Origin: Chthoniobacteraceae bacterium
GTDB taxonomy: Bacteria; Verrucomicrobiota; Verrucomicrobiia; Chthoniobacterales; Chthoniobacteraceae
Reading direction: 5' to 3'
Assembly (NCBI GenBank): GCA_037190965.1
Contig: JBBCKI010000013.1
Span: 1 to 64,000, forward strand
Length of the DNA stretch: 64,000 bases
Shown here: piece by piece, positions 19,107 through 28,827 of the stretch
How positions within the stretch are numbered: position 1 is the first letter of the stretch
How the letters are laid out: each line of letters opens with the position of its first letter
Program-made: the position numbers and the translations under genes
The notes under the pieces: generated by a model
What the model was told of the DNA's origin: nothing
What the model saw: the letters and a program-made list of their open reading frames with translations, nothing else
Databases searched by the model: none

Positions 19107-20150
19107 CTAATCCACCAGATTCGTCGGCGTACCGGCGATAAAATTCCGCAGATTCTCCAGCGTGGTGTCATTGATCCGCTGGACGGCTTCCACGCTGTTG
19201 AACGCGACGTGCGGAGTGAAGACGACGTTGGGCCTCCCGATAAGATCGGTATTGCGGATCAGTCGTTGAAGTTCGTCGATGCGGTCGGACTCTGAGGCCC
19301 GCAGTTCCTCCGGGTCCATCCCCGACTGAAGGCGGTTGACGATCTGTTCGCCGATAAGGTTCATCGCCTCCCGTTGGAGGACGTGCTCTTCCTCAAGCAC
19401 ATCGAGCCCCGCGCCTCCGACAACGCCGCTGTCGAGCGCTTCGATCAACGCGTCGGTGTCGATCAGCCCGCCGCGAGCGGTGTTGATGACGATCACCCCC
19501 TCTTTACACTTGGCGAACGCGGCGCGGTCGAGCAGGTGGACGGTGGCCGGCAGGAGGGGGATGTGAAGCGAAATGATGTCCGAGCGGGCCAGGAGAACGT
19601 CGAGGGGGACGTATTCGAAGCCAAGGAGATCCCCCATGAAAGGCCGTGGGCTGAGATCGTAGGCGATCACATTCATGTTGAACGCCTTGGCGATGCGGAT
19701 GGCGTGCAGGCCAATGCGGCCCGACCCGATAATGCCGATGGTTTTCTGATTGAGATCGAACCCTCGGACCGCTTCGTAGCTGAACTGATCGCCTTTGTTG
19801 GCGTTCATTGACTCCCGCATGCGCCGGGAAATCGCAAGGATGAGCGCGAACGTGTGTTCGGCCACGGTGTTGTCGCCATAGGTAGGAACCGTGGAAATCT
19901 CGACGCCGCGAGCCTTGCAGGCCGCCAGATCGATATGATCGTACCCCGTGGAGCGCGTGGCGATGAAACGGAGATTCGGATGGGTCTCCAGGAATTCGGG
20001 AGTGATCCGGGAGTAGATAAACGGCGAAATCGCTTCTACATCGGGCTCCACTTCGTCCAAAGACGCGGCAAACCGGACGTCGTGGCCTTTGAGGTTCTCT
20101 GCAAAAAAAGATTCCTCGCTGGGTTCCGTCTCAAGAAAGCAGATGATCAT
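19107..20150 (-). CDS. D-isomer-specific 2-hydroxyacid (D-lactate-like) dehydrogenase
   Basis: RSTGYDHID, GSGRIG, INTARG, LDVLEEE, TPHVAF; start at ATG 20150. Confidence 0.92.
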   Translation of the reverse strand: MIICFLETEPSEESFFAENLKGHDVRFAASLDEVEPDVEAISPFIYSRITPEFLETHPNLRFIATRSTGYDHIDLAACKARGVEISTVPTYGDNTVAEHTFALILAISRRMRESMNANKGDQFSYEAVRGFDLNQKTIGIIGSGRIGLHAIRIAKAFNMNVIAYDLSPRPFMGDLLGFEYVPLDVLLARSDIISLHIPLLPATVHLLDRAAFAKCKEGVIVINTARGGLIDTDALIEALDSGVVGGAGLDVLEEEHVLQREAMNLIGEQIVNRLQSGMDPEELRASESDRIDELQRLIRNTDLIGRPNVVFTPHVAFNSVEAVQRINDTTLENLRNFIAGTPTNLVD

Positions 20151-20223
20151 AAGCCCGTGTTGCAATTTAGCCTCAACTTCAACACGGGCGCGAGAGGAAT
20201 TGCACAACGAGGAGGATCAGCCA

Positions 20224-20312
20224 GGTAGCCCGCTCTCGCCGAGAGCGCGGGGATTGAGCGGGACGCGCGTTTGACGTAATCCCGGCAAGACCTACTGCCG
20301 ATTCCTGGGATT
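20224..20312 (+). repeat. Family A element, truncated copy (left arm + part of spacer)
   Basis: GGTAGCCCGCTCTCGCCGAGAGCGCGGG ... CGCGTTTGAC; right arm not found. Confidence 0.75.
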
Positions 20313-20323
20313 GCGTTGCAGGC

Positions 20324-21640
20324 TCAAGCCAGCACGTCCACCGGGCTGTAATTCCCTTTCAGCACCTTGGCGCTATCCGTTTTGAGCCATTTCTCAAGCA
20401 CGGCGGCGTAGACTTGCCGGAAGTCGGTCTGGTGGCGCAGGTCGCCGTCGAGCAGGTTTTTTAAATCGGGCGGTCCGCCGTGGATTCCCCCTTTTACGGA
20501 GTCGCCGAAAAGGAACATCGGGGCGGCCGCGCCGTGATCGGTGCCTCCGCTCCCGTTTTCCGCCACGCGGCGGCCGAATTCGCTGAAAGCCAGGACGAGG
20601 ACACGCTGCGAGGCCTTGTGGGATCGAAGGTCGGCCATGAAGGCGGCGAGGCTTCGCGACATATCGTCAAGAAGGCGGGCGTGGGAGCCGACCTGTCCCG
20701 CGTGGGTGTCGAAGCCACCCTGGCTGGCGTAATAAACGCGCGTGGGAAAGTCCCCTGCGATCAGCTTCGAGATCATGGAAAGCTCCCGTCCGAGGCGTGA
20801 GTAGGGGTATTCCGCCCGATTCTTTCCCTTGCCAAGAAGCGCGCGGATGCGATCGCCTGCCGCAATGGCGTTCATGGCCGTGTGACGAAGGAAATCGGCG
20901 GTTTCCGGGCTGCCTCCGTTGATGCCGCCGAGCGTCCCCATGGTTTTGGACTCGATGGCAAGCGGCGTCATGGGCGCGGTCATGCCGGGCTTGTTGAGTT
21001 TCTCGAAGATCGCTTCCTGCGCCTTCGCGAGCGCCACGGTTTCGCCGCTGGCGTTCCATTGAAAGGTCTCCGGGTCGTCGAGCGAGAGGGCGACGTTGGA
21101 GCGATTGCGGAAGGATTGCGGCATGACCTTCCCCAGCGACACGCCGATCTCCCCCTGCTGTCCGCGAGGATCGGCGCCGGAGCATTGGGCGTCAAAATAA
21201 CGCCCCAGCCAGCCGTTGGTTTCCAACTGGTCGTTCACCCCAGTGTGCCAGATTTCCATGGCGCGGAAGTGGGAACGGTTCGGGTTGGGGTATCCGGTAT
21301 TCTGGATGATGGCAAAACGCCCCTGGTCGAACTCGTTTTTGAGCGGCTTGAGCGCGGCGTTGAGCGCGATCTGGTCGTTGATCTTCAGCAGGCCGTTGCC
21401 GTTGAGCGCGATGGTCGGGCGGGCTTTGAAATAGAGGTCGTCCGTGAAGGGGACGACGGTGTTCAGCCCGTCGTTGCCGCCGCTCAGTTGCAGCACGACG
21501 AGCACGGTGGCGTCCTTATCCGCCCCGGCGGCTGCGGCGGTGCGGGCAAGAAACGCCGGGACAAACGCGCTGGCGGCAAGAAGCCCGGCTCCCTTGAGGC
21601 TGGAGGCGAGGAATTCGCGTCGGGTCTGGAAGTATTGCAT
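20324..21640 (-). CDS. DUF1501 family protein with Tat signal
   Basis: TRREFL twin-arginine motif, LSGGNDGLN, NRSHFR, GGFDTH, SEFGRR..EN..GTDHG. Confidence 0.9.
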   Translation of the reverse strand: MQYFQTRREFLASSLKGAGLLAASAFVPAFLARTAAAAGADKDATVLVVLQLSGGNDGLNTVVPFTDDLYFKARPTIALNGNGLLKINDQIALNAALKPLKNEFDQGRFAIIQNTGYPNPNRSHFRAMEIWHTGVNDQLETNGWLGRYFDAQCSGADPRGQQGEIGVSLGKVMPQSFRNRSNVALSLDDPETFQWNASGETVALAKAQEAIFEKLNKPGMTAPMTPLAIESKTMGTLGGINGGSPETADFLRHTAMNAIAAGDRIRALLGKGKNRAEYPYSRLGRELSMISKLIAGDFPTRVYYASQGGFDTHAGQVGSHARLLDDMSRSLAAFMADLRSHKASQRVLVLAFSEFGRRVAENGSGGTDHGAAAPMFLFGDSVKGGIHGGPPDLKNLLDGDLRHQTDFRQVYAAVLEKWLKTDSAKVLKGNYSPVDVLA

Positions 21641-21643
21641 AGG

Positions 21644-23176
21644 CTAGCAGAGTTGATAATCCGGGCTGCTCATGATGAGGTGCACGAGGCCGCGGATCCG
21701 TTCGTCGAAGGTATTGTCGTCGAAGCTGAAGCTTTTCCGTCCCCCGGCTGCATCGGTTTCCAGGAGAGCGACCAACTGGCGGCGGAACTCCGGGGAGATG
21801 GGGCGTTGCAGAAAGTCGCGCACGTAGAAATCGACCGCCTCGCCCGGGCTGTTGAGTTTTCGTTCCAACCCAAGCGCCTTGATCTGGGCTTTGGGGCTCC
21901 AGTTCACGCTTCGTTGTTTCTCGATGAAAGTGCGCCGGGTCTGCTTCTGGGCCGGTTGTTTGGAATCGTACATCTGGAAATCATCCGGGCTGACGCCGTT
22001 GATGAGGAAGTTTCCGAAATTGTAGCGGATCAGGAGAACGTTGGAGTTGATCCAGGCCATGCCGCCCGGCCATCCGTTGACGTCGGGCGGAAAAAAGAGG
22101 TCCTGCCCCATCAGCCGGAGCGCGTCGATCATGGTGGAACTCTCCGGGATCGGGACGCGCATCGATTTCAGAGCCCCGAGCGTCAGGACCACCGGGCTCT
22201 TGACGGTCGCGGCGAGGGCGCGCGGGGAGTAAAACTCCCGGCTGGCGAAGAGGTGGCGGAGAAAGGGAGCCAGCGCGAGGTCGACCTCCCGGTAGATCCG
22301 GGCGGCTTCTTCCACCAACGGCGTTTCGGGGTTGGGCCAGAGAAAGAACTCCAGAAACTTGCGCGTCATGAAACGCGAGGCGGCGGGATGCTCCGAGATG
22401 ATCTGCACGATGTCGTCGCCCGTCCAGTCGCCGGTATTGCCAAGAAATACCTTCTCACCCGGGTCGTGGGCGTCCTTGTGAAAAGCGAACTTCCAGGTAT
22501 CGCGATCGACGCCAAAGCCGGTGAGGGCGCGGGCCGATTCCTTCACATCGGTTTCGCTATAGTGGCCGACGCCCAGTGAGAAGAGTTCCATCAGTTCGCG
22601 GGCAAAATTCTCATTGGGTCGCCCGCTTCGCGACTGGGCGTTGTCGAGCCAGACCAGCATCGCGGGATCGCGGATCAGCGCCTTGAGTTGATCGGGAAAC
22701 TTCCCGAACGCGAACCGGCGGAACCGCTCGTTCTGCCGCCACATCGGGTAGGCGTGCTCGATTTTTTCGGCGAAGGAACTGGCGAAATGGGAGTGCCAGA
22801 AGAGAGTCAGTTTTTCTTCCAGCGGCCGGCGTGTGGTGAGCATCCGCTCCAGCCACCAGCGTTTGAGCGCCTCGATCTTGTTGTTCTCTTCGCGTCGCCG
22901 TTCATTGGCGAGTTTCTGTCGCACCCCGTCGGGAAGCGAGCGGAGGCGGGCGCGGAAGGCGGCTTCATCCTCCTCGGGAAGCTTGGCACACTCGGGCGGT
23001 GAAAGCGGCCCCGGTTTTTCCACCGCGGGTGCCAGGAGCCATTCGATGGCACCGTCAAGCCCGCGCCCCGCGAGTTCCTCGGCGTCGGCCCAGGTGCCGC
23101 CAAAGCCGGCGCGCCAAAGAAGGTGGGCGGCCTTCGGCGTGTCGAACTCTTGGGCGGGGAGGGGGGAGAACGCCAT
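21644..23176 (-). CDS. DUF1800 family protein
   Basis: HLLWRAGFG, EKLTLFWHSHF, PNENFARELMELFSLG, PPDVNGW, C-terminal SPDYQLC. Confidence 0.9.
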   Translation of the reverse strand: MAFSPLPAQEFDTPKAAHLLWRAGFGGTWADAEELAGRGLDGAIEWLLAPAVEKPGPLSPPECAKLPEEDEAAFRARLRSLPDGVRQKLANERRREENNKIEALKRWWLERMLTTRRPLEEKLTLFWHSHFASSFAEKIEHAYPMWRQNERFRRFAFGKFPDQLKALIRDPAMLVWLDNAQSRSGRPNENFARELMELFSLGVGHYSETDVKESARALTGFGVDRDTWKFAFHKDAHDPGEKVFLGNTGDWTGDDIVQIISEHPAASRFMTRKFLEFFLWPNPETPLVEEAARIYREVDLALAPFLRHLFASREFYSPRALAATVKSPVVLTLGALKSMRVPIPESSTMIDALRLMGQDLFFPPDVNGWPGGMAWINSNVLLIRYNFGNFLINGVSPDDFQMYDSKQPAQKQTRRTFIEKQRSVNWSPKAQIKALGLERKLNSPGEAVDFYVRDFLQRPISPEFRRQLVALLETDAAGGRKSFSFDDNTFDERIRGLVHLIMSSPDYQLC

Positions 23177-23218
23177 TAACCGAGTTTAACTCATTTCGAT
23201 TAAGGAAGTTGCAAAAAA

Positions 23219-23572
23219 TCACTCAAAATACGTGTCTTCGTGCGCGTAGGGCGGGGCGCAGCAGCAGAGGAAACGGAGTTCCGACTCCGCCCGGATAGTG
23301 TGCCATGCGCCCGCCGGGATCAGGATGGCGTCTCCCGGGCCAACCGCGCGGGTATCGCTGCCGACGGTCATTTCGCCGGTGCCTTCCAGAATGAAGTAAA
23401 ATTCCTCGCTCAGGCGGTGGTAGTGCCGCTCCGTGGTAGCCCCCTTCGGCAATCGCGCTTCGGCCAGGCTCTGGTTTTCCACGGGCGCATTGCTCCTGTC
23501 GAGGATGGAGCGAATCGTCGAGGAGTCTTTCGTGGTAAATGGAGTCGCAGAGTCGATGTTTTGGACGATCAT
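23219..23572 (-). CDS. Cupin-2 domain protein
   Basis: HYH..SEEFYFILEGTG and IPAGAWH metal-binding motifs; start at ATG 23572. Confidence 0.88.
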   Translation of the reverse strand: MIVQNIDSATPFTTKDSSTIRSILDRSNAPVENQSLAEARLPKGATTERHYHRLSEEFYFILEGTGEMTVGSDTRAVGPGDAILIPAGAWHTIRAESELRFLCCCAPPYAHEDTYFE

Positions 23573-23694
23573 GAGGTTAGAGCATTTTCGGCTTATTCTG
23601 TCGCATGCTTTAATCATTGCGACATTCTAAACCGAAAAAGCTCTAGCCGTTCTATTTTCCTGACTTCCTGCCGTCGAGCGTATATACCTGAGGG

Positions 23695-24486
23695 ATGCGA
23701 TTCCTCGATCAGTGTTCGGCGTTGATTACCGGAGCCTCTTCCGGTCTTGGAGCCGAGTTTGCCCGTCAACTTGCCCCCCGTGCGACGACCTTGGTTTTGG
23801 TGGCGCGCCGGTTGGAGAACCTGGAGGCGCTGCGAAACGAGATAGCGAGGCCCGGGCTTGAGATTCACCTGCACAAGGCGGATCTCTCCTGTGCTGCCGA
23901 TGTGGACGGTTTGCTTTGCTCGCTTCAGGAGGGCGGGTTGCAGATTAATTTTTTGATCAATAATGCCGGGTTGGGGGATCATGGCAAATTTGAGAATAGC
24001 GATTGGGAACGCGTTCGCCAAATGGTTGAGGTGAATGTCAACGCGTTGACGCGGCTGAGCTTCGCCCTGCTGCCTATGCTTAAGAAGCAGCCCAAGGCGG
24101 CCATTCTTAATGTTTCCTCCGTTGCGAGTTTTCTCCCGATGCCCAAGATGGCGGTCTACGCCGCGACGAAGGCGTATGTGACCAGCTTCTCAGAGGCATT
24201 GCGGGCGGAGTTGCGCTCCAGTGGCCTCCGGGTGACGAACCTATGCCCAGGGCCGGTCTCCACGGAGTTTGGGGCGGTGGCCGAGCGGAAGACAAACGCC
24301 GAGCCATTGCCGGCCCCCGAGATCATGAAGGTGCCGGCTCCCAAAGTGGTATCGGATGCTCTTCGGGCGGTGGAGCGCGACCAGCCTCGCAATATTCCCG
24401 GTTGGTTTGTCGCCATGGTGATGTTGCTGACCGCCGCGATGCCGATGTCCATTCTTCGCCTGGCCATGAAAAAGCAGGCTCGATAG
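23695..24486 (+). CDS. Short-chain dehydrogenase/reductase (DltE-like)
   Basis: TGASSGLG, NNAG, YAATK. Confidence 0.92.
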   Translation: MRFLDQCSALITGASSGLGAEFARQLAPRATTLVLVARRLENLEALRNEIARPGLEIHLHKADLSCAADVDGLLCSLQEGGLQINFLINNAGLGDHGKFENSDWERVRQMVEVNVNALTRLSFALLPMLKKQPKAAILNVSSVASFLPMPKMAVYAATKAYVTSFSEALRAELRSSGLRVTNLCPGPVSTEFGAVAERKTNAEPLPAPEIMKVPAPKVVSDALRAVERDQPRNIPGWFVAMVMLLTAAMPMSILRLAMKKQAR

Positions 24487-24767
24487 CCGGGGGCATTGAG
24501 ATTGCACCTTGGTGATATAGTAATGTCTCAATCTATAACGTTTATTAATAATGAGAATGGAGCGTTATAAAGTGATGGATAGGGGAAACCCTTAGTGATT
24601 TCTTCATAGGAATCCCGAGTCTGTTTTCGCTTCCCAATTGATGGATTTCATTTACCCTGCGGTCTCGTCAGCAGTGTTGAGGCAGGGGAGTTTGCAATTG
24701 AATCAATCAGTGGCCGACTTGAGACCGATGACCGGAACCGTCACGGCAGTGCTAGGCAGTTATCAGT

Positions 24768-25154
24768 ATGTCAAATAACAAACTTTACGTTGGGAACCTT
24801 CCCTTTAACGTAACGGAACCCGATCTGCAGGACCTCTTCGGTCAGGCAGGAACCGTCAGCGATGTGCTGTTGGTTCAGGACAAATTCACGGGCAAAAGCC
24901 GTGGGTTTGCTTTCGTCACGATGAGCTCGGACAATGAAGCTCTGAGCGCCATCGAACAGTTCCACGGCAAGGCGTTGGAAGGCCGTCCGTTGACCGTCAA
25001 TATCGCCCGTCCTCGTGAAGAGCGCAGCGGCGGCGGTGGTGGCGGTGGTGGTCGTTCCTTCGAGCGTCGCGGTGGCGGCGGCGGTGGATACGGCGGCGGC
25101 GGTGACCGTCGTGGTGGTGGCGGTGGTGGCCGCGATCGTGGTGGCCGCTATTAG
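24768..25154 (+). CDS. RRM RNA-binding protein with Gly-rich tail
   Basis: LYVGNL (RNP2), RGFAFV (RNP1), GGR-rich C-terminus. Confidence 0.95.
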   Translation: MSNNKLYVGNLPFNVTEPDLQDLFGQAGTVSDVLLVQDKFTGKSRGFAFVTMSSDNEALSAIEQFHGKALEGRPLTVNIARPREERSGGGGGGGGRSFERRGGGGGGYGGGGDRRGGGGGGRDRGGRY

Positions 25155-25194
25155 GCTTCCCCTCAGTACCCTAAGTTTTTTAACCGGGTTTTCT

Positions 25195-25240
25195 ACGTCG
25201 GTGTTGCAGTTTGAAATGCTGTAACACCGACGTTTTGTTT
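25195..25240 (+). terminator. Intrinsic terminator after the RRM gene
   Basis: 15-bp stem ACGTCGGTGTTGCAG / CTGTAACACCGACGT followed by TTTGTTT. Confidence 0.8.
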
Positions 25241-25301
25241 CGTCTCTTATTGGATAAATCCTGCGCAGACAGGAGTTTCACTTTTTTCGTGGAGAGCGCA
25301 A

Positions 25302-25460
25302 GGTAGCCCGCTCTCGCCGAGAGCGCGGGATGGGTTGACGAATCGCGTTTGATATCCATCCCTGCAGGACGGACTACCGGTATTGGGATGCAGCCCTCAT
25401 GAAGCCACGGGGCTGATACCCGCGCTCGACGGCGCGAGCGGGCTACCAGTGCTGCCGCAC
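25302..25460 (+). repeat. Family A REPIN-like element, copy 2 (with tail hairpin)
   Basis: GGTAGCCCGCTCTCGCCGAGAGCG ... CGCTCGACGGCGCGAGCGGGCTACC then AGTGCTGCCGCAC. Confidence 0.9.
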
Positions 25461-25487
25461 TCGTTTAGTACAAATGGTCCGCTTTCG

Positions 25488-26669
25488 CTATCCAAACAGC
25501 GCCATGGAGACGGTATAGCCATGGACAAAGCTTCGGCCTTTGATGGGGCCGATCTCGCCATTGCAGAAAAGGCCTGCGCTGGGAAATTTGCCAATGGCCT
25601 TGGCGAGCGCATGGGCGTCGTGATTGGCGGAACCGAAAAGATCGCGGCCCCGGCCATTGCACGAAAAGAGAAGGGCGGCGAAGGGCGGGAGCGGGCGGCT
25701 GCCTTCGACGGCGAGGCGATACCGCAGGTCGGCCTCGGCGCTTTGCCGGTCGCGCAGTTGCCATTGGAGGGTCTGTCCGACTCTCGGGTAGGCTCCCACC
25801 GCGACCGCGCCGGTTCCGGCGTCGGCTCCCAAAATGGTGCGAATGAGGAAGTCGCCTCGTTTGAAGTCCTCGACGTATTCCGAACTGGCCAACCCGGCGA
25901 AGAGATTCCCCTGGGCGCGGGTCTTTTCTTCGTCGCTAAGCGATTCGAACGCTTCAGCCAGGGCTGAATAGGCGGGCTTGCCGCCCAGCGCCAGCACGAG
26001 GTTGCCATCGGTGCCGGTCACGGTCAGCGGTTCGCCAATGGGTCTGCAGCCTTGCGCAAGGAGCGGATGCACGGTGACTCCTCCCTTGAACCCGACAAGC
26101 ATGGCTGTTCCGGGATCGAGGACTTCACGGTTGTGGATCACAAAGACTTCCTCGTTCTGGGTTCCGCCGAGGTTGCTCGAACAGAGGCCGCCGATGGTGT
26201 CGATCCCCGGGTAGGCCTCGCTCCAGGCGGCGAGCCACGGTTCCACGGGAAAACCAAAGGGATCGACGAGGCTGATCCAGGTATCCACGTCGCCGGGGCT
26301 CACCCCGGTGATGCGGTGCCAGTCTTCGGCGGATTGCGCCTCCTCCACATGATGCTCCTGAAGGGTGGCGGTGTGGATCTTCGTTTCAGGCAGGTGCAGG
26401 AGCAGCAACGAGAAACCGCTGGTTTGCTCTGCCTCCTCATCGGTGCCGATGAGCCCCGTGCCGCTGCAACCGACGAGAAGCGGGACGTGCCCGTGAAGCT
26501 GGATGAGCTCCAGAAAATCCTCAAGATGATCCCTGTAGTCCGCCGAGGCAAAGACGAACCCGATGGAAACACGCCCGCCCACTTCCGCCAGGGCACTTCG
26601 CGCGGCCTCCTTGACGGCTTCCTCGGTATAAGGCTGAAGGACGAGTCGGGAAGCGGCTGTATTCGACAT
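25488..26669 (-). CDS. Stand-alone FIST N/C domain sensory protein
   Basis: GCSGTGLIG, QGCRPIG, FLIRTILG, FSCNGRG, GLFCNGEIGP...HGYT. Confidence 0.88.
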   Translation of the reverse strand: MSNTAASRLVLQPYTEEAVKEAARSALAEVGGRVSIGFVFASADYRDHLEDFLELIQLHGHVPLLVGCSGTGLIGTDEEAEQTSGFSLLLLHLPETKIHTATLQEHHVEEAQSAEDWHRITGVSPGDVDTWISLVDPFGFPVEPWLAAWSEAYPGIDTIGGLCSSNLGGTQNEEVFVIHNREVLDPGTAMLVGFKGGVTVHPLLAQGCRPIGEPLTVTGTDGNLVLALGGKPAYSALAEAFESLSDEEKTRAQGNLFAGLASSEYVEDFKRGDFLIRTILGADAGTGAVAVGAYPRVGQTLQWQLRDRQSAEADLRYRLAVEGSRPLPPFAALLFSCNGRGRDLFGSANHDAHALAKAIGKFPSAGLFCNGEIGPIKGRSFVHGYTVSMALFG

Positions 26670-26773
26670 GGTTGTGGGGCTGGACACTAGCGGCTTTCTA
26701 CGAAGCACAAAATGCACCATGATTCCATCTCCCCAAAGACCGAATCGGGAACGGGGAAGGGAAAGGGGGCTTT

Positions 26774-28312
26774 CTACTTTTCCGAAACGATGGGCCAATC
26801 ATCGGTACGGAACGATGAGGCGGGCAACCCTTCCTTGTTGACGAGGTTGATCTCCGGGCTATTGGCCCAGGCGTACCGAACTGCCACGGGCTGAGTTGCT
26901 TGTGGAGAGGTGATGATGACGGTCGAAGAGGCTTTGTCGATTTTCGCTTCGGCGGCGACGAAGTTCTTGTCCGCTCCGGCGACGGTGAATCCCTTCACGG
27001 CGGCGCCATCGTGCGTGGTCAGTCCGTCGGCGGTGCCCGGCTTGAAGCGGACGGTTACCTGGTTGCCGTCGAATTTCGCGTCATCGAAGAACGGCCCGGA
27101 GGAGACGACTGCCTTGCCATAGGTGGAGGCTTCGGCGATCAGGGCGAGCCTGCGGCCGACCTCCTGTTTGTTCTTGGGATGGATGTCGGAGGGGTTTCCG
27201 ATGTCGAGGGCGACGGCGAGGCCGGTGTGGGGGACTTCAAGCGTGGTCAGGCGTTGAGCGTCCCGCAGTTCGGCCCATTTGGAGGCTACGGGTTCCTTTC
27301 CGCCTGGCAGATAGTTGGCAAGCTGGACGATCAGGAACGGAAGGTCGTTGTTCTTCCACGCGGCGCGCCAGGAGGCGATCAGCGTGCTCAGCAGCGGTTT
27401 GTAGGTATCCGCTTTGCCGGCGTTGGATTCTCCCTGGTACCAGATGACACCCTTGATCGTGTAAGGAGTCGCGCCGTGGATCATGCAATTATAGAGAACG
27501 GCGGGCGCGTGCTGGCTGTCGGGGCCAAGGGGGGCCATCGGCTTTTTCGGTTCAGGCTGGCCTGCCGCTTTGGCCGCTTCGGCCTGGGTGGCCCATGCGA
27601 CCATCTTCTCGTCATGCGCGGCCTTGAGGGCGGGGTAATCGGCCATCCGCTTCTGCCACTCCTGGTGGTATTCCTTTTCAAGCAACGGGTTAGCCATGAT
27701 GGCATCGCCGGGAGTCCACGCTTCCGCCCGGGTGCCACCCCATGAGGTGTGGATGATCCCGATGGGGCTCTTGAGGTTTTGATGCAGTTGGCGGGCGAAG
27801 TAGTACCCTACCGCAGACCAGTTGGGGACGTTTTGCGGCGAACAGACCTGCCACTTGCCGGCCACTTCCTCGAGAGGGGTCGGGCTGACCTTTCTGGGGA
27901 CGTTGAACATCCGGATCTCCGGAAAACTGGCGGCGGCAATTTCCTGCTCGGGGTTTTGGGAGTGCGAGACCTGCCATTGCATGTTCGATTGACCCGACCC
28001 GACCCAGACCTCGCCGACGGCGACGTTCTGAACAGTCAGCTTGTTTTTCCCTTCGACGGTGAGAGCGCCTGCGTTCCCGGGGGTGAGGCCGTCGAGTTCC
28101 ACGCGCCATTTGCCGTCGTCGCCTGCGGTTGCGGTTGCGGAGGTTTTACCCAGCGAGACGGTCACTTTTTCCCCTGGGTCAGCTTTGCCCCAGACGGCCG
28201 CCTTGGGGGCTTGAAGCAGCATGTTATCAGAGATGAGCGGCGGCAGGGTGACATCGCTCCAGGCGGAAGCCATGGGGATGAGAGTGAGGGCAAAGGGGAA
28301 CAGCTTTCTCAT
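26774..28312 (-). CDS. Secreted sialate O-acetylesterase (SASA) family carbohydrate esterase
   Basis: Signal peptide; GEVWVGSGQSNM, WYQGESN, DIHPKNK, VRYAW. Confidence 0.92.
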   Translation of the reverse strand: MRKLFPFALTLIPMASAWSDVTLPPLISDNMLLQAPKAAVWGKADPGEKVTVSLGKTSATATAGDDGKWRVELDGLTPGNAGALTVEGKNKLTVQNVAVGEVWVGSGQSNMQWQVSHSQNPEQEIAAASFPEIRMFNVPRKVSPTPLEEVAGKWQVCSPQNVPNWSAVGYYFARQLHQNLKSPIGIIHTSWGGTRAEAWTPGDAIMANPLLEKEYHQEWQKRMADYPALKAAHDEKMVAWATQAEAAKAAGQPEPKKPMAPLGPDSQHAPAVLYNCMIHGATPYTIKGVIWYQGESNAGKADTYKPLLSTLIASWRAAWKNNDLPFLIVQLANYLPGGKEPVASKWAELRDAQRLTTLEVPHTGLAVALDIGNPSDIHPKNKQEVGRRLALIAEASTYGKAVVSSGPFFDDAKFDGNQVTVRFKPGTADGLTTHDGAAVKGFTVAGADKNFVAAEAKIDKASSTVIITSPQATQPVAVRYAWANSPEINLVNKEGLPASSFRTDDWPIVSEK

Positions 28313-28389
28313 TTGCCTAGATTTCCGTTGAGAAATATTCTTTGCAACTTTTAATTCCCGCCAGGTTTATTTAGCGTCGACCTCCTCCC

Positions 28390-28827
28390 ATGAAGCATCC
28401 CCATTATTCGTCCGTTTCGCGTCCGTCCGGTTTCACCCTTCTCGAGATCATGCTCGTTTTGGGGATCATCGCCATTCTTGTCAGCTCGGGTATTTATCTG
28501 CTTTCGGGAAATATCGACGTGGCCAAGGAGACCCGTGTGGAGAGCGATATCAAAACGATCAGCACGCAGATCAAGACTTACGAGATGAGCAACTACGCGC
28601 CTCCGACTACGGAGCAGGGATTGTTGGCGCTGGTTGAGCCTCCCACGGCGGCTCCCGAGCCGCGCCGCTGGAAAAAGCTGCTGGAGGAGTTGCCCAAGGA
28701 CCCGTGGAATCGCGACTATGTTTATCGTTTCCCCGGTATCAAGAATCCGGCGGGGTTCGATCTTTTTTCACTGGGGGCCGATGGCGTTGAGAGCACCGAC
28801 GATATCGGCAACTGGAAGCAGCCGTGA
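28390..28827 (+). CDS. gspG: T2SS major pseudopilin
   Basis: GFTLLEIM prepilin site, PTTEQGL.AL, PKDPW..Y.YR.PG, DLFSLGADG. Confidence 0.93.
   Translation: MKHPHYSSVSRPSGFTLLEIMLVLGIIAILVSSGIYLLSGNIDVAKETRVESDIKTISTQIKTYEMSNYAPPTTEQGLLALVEPPTAAPEPRRWKKLLEELPKDPWNRDYVYRFPGIKNPAGFDLFSLGADGVESTDDIGNWKQP

Noticed and set aside
25025..25150. GGC/GGT tandem repeats
   Set aside because: They simply encode the Gly-rich tail of the RRM protein
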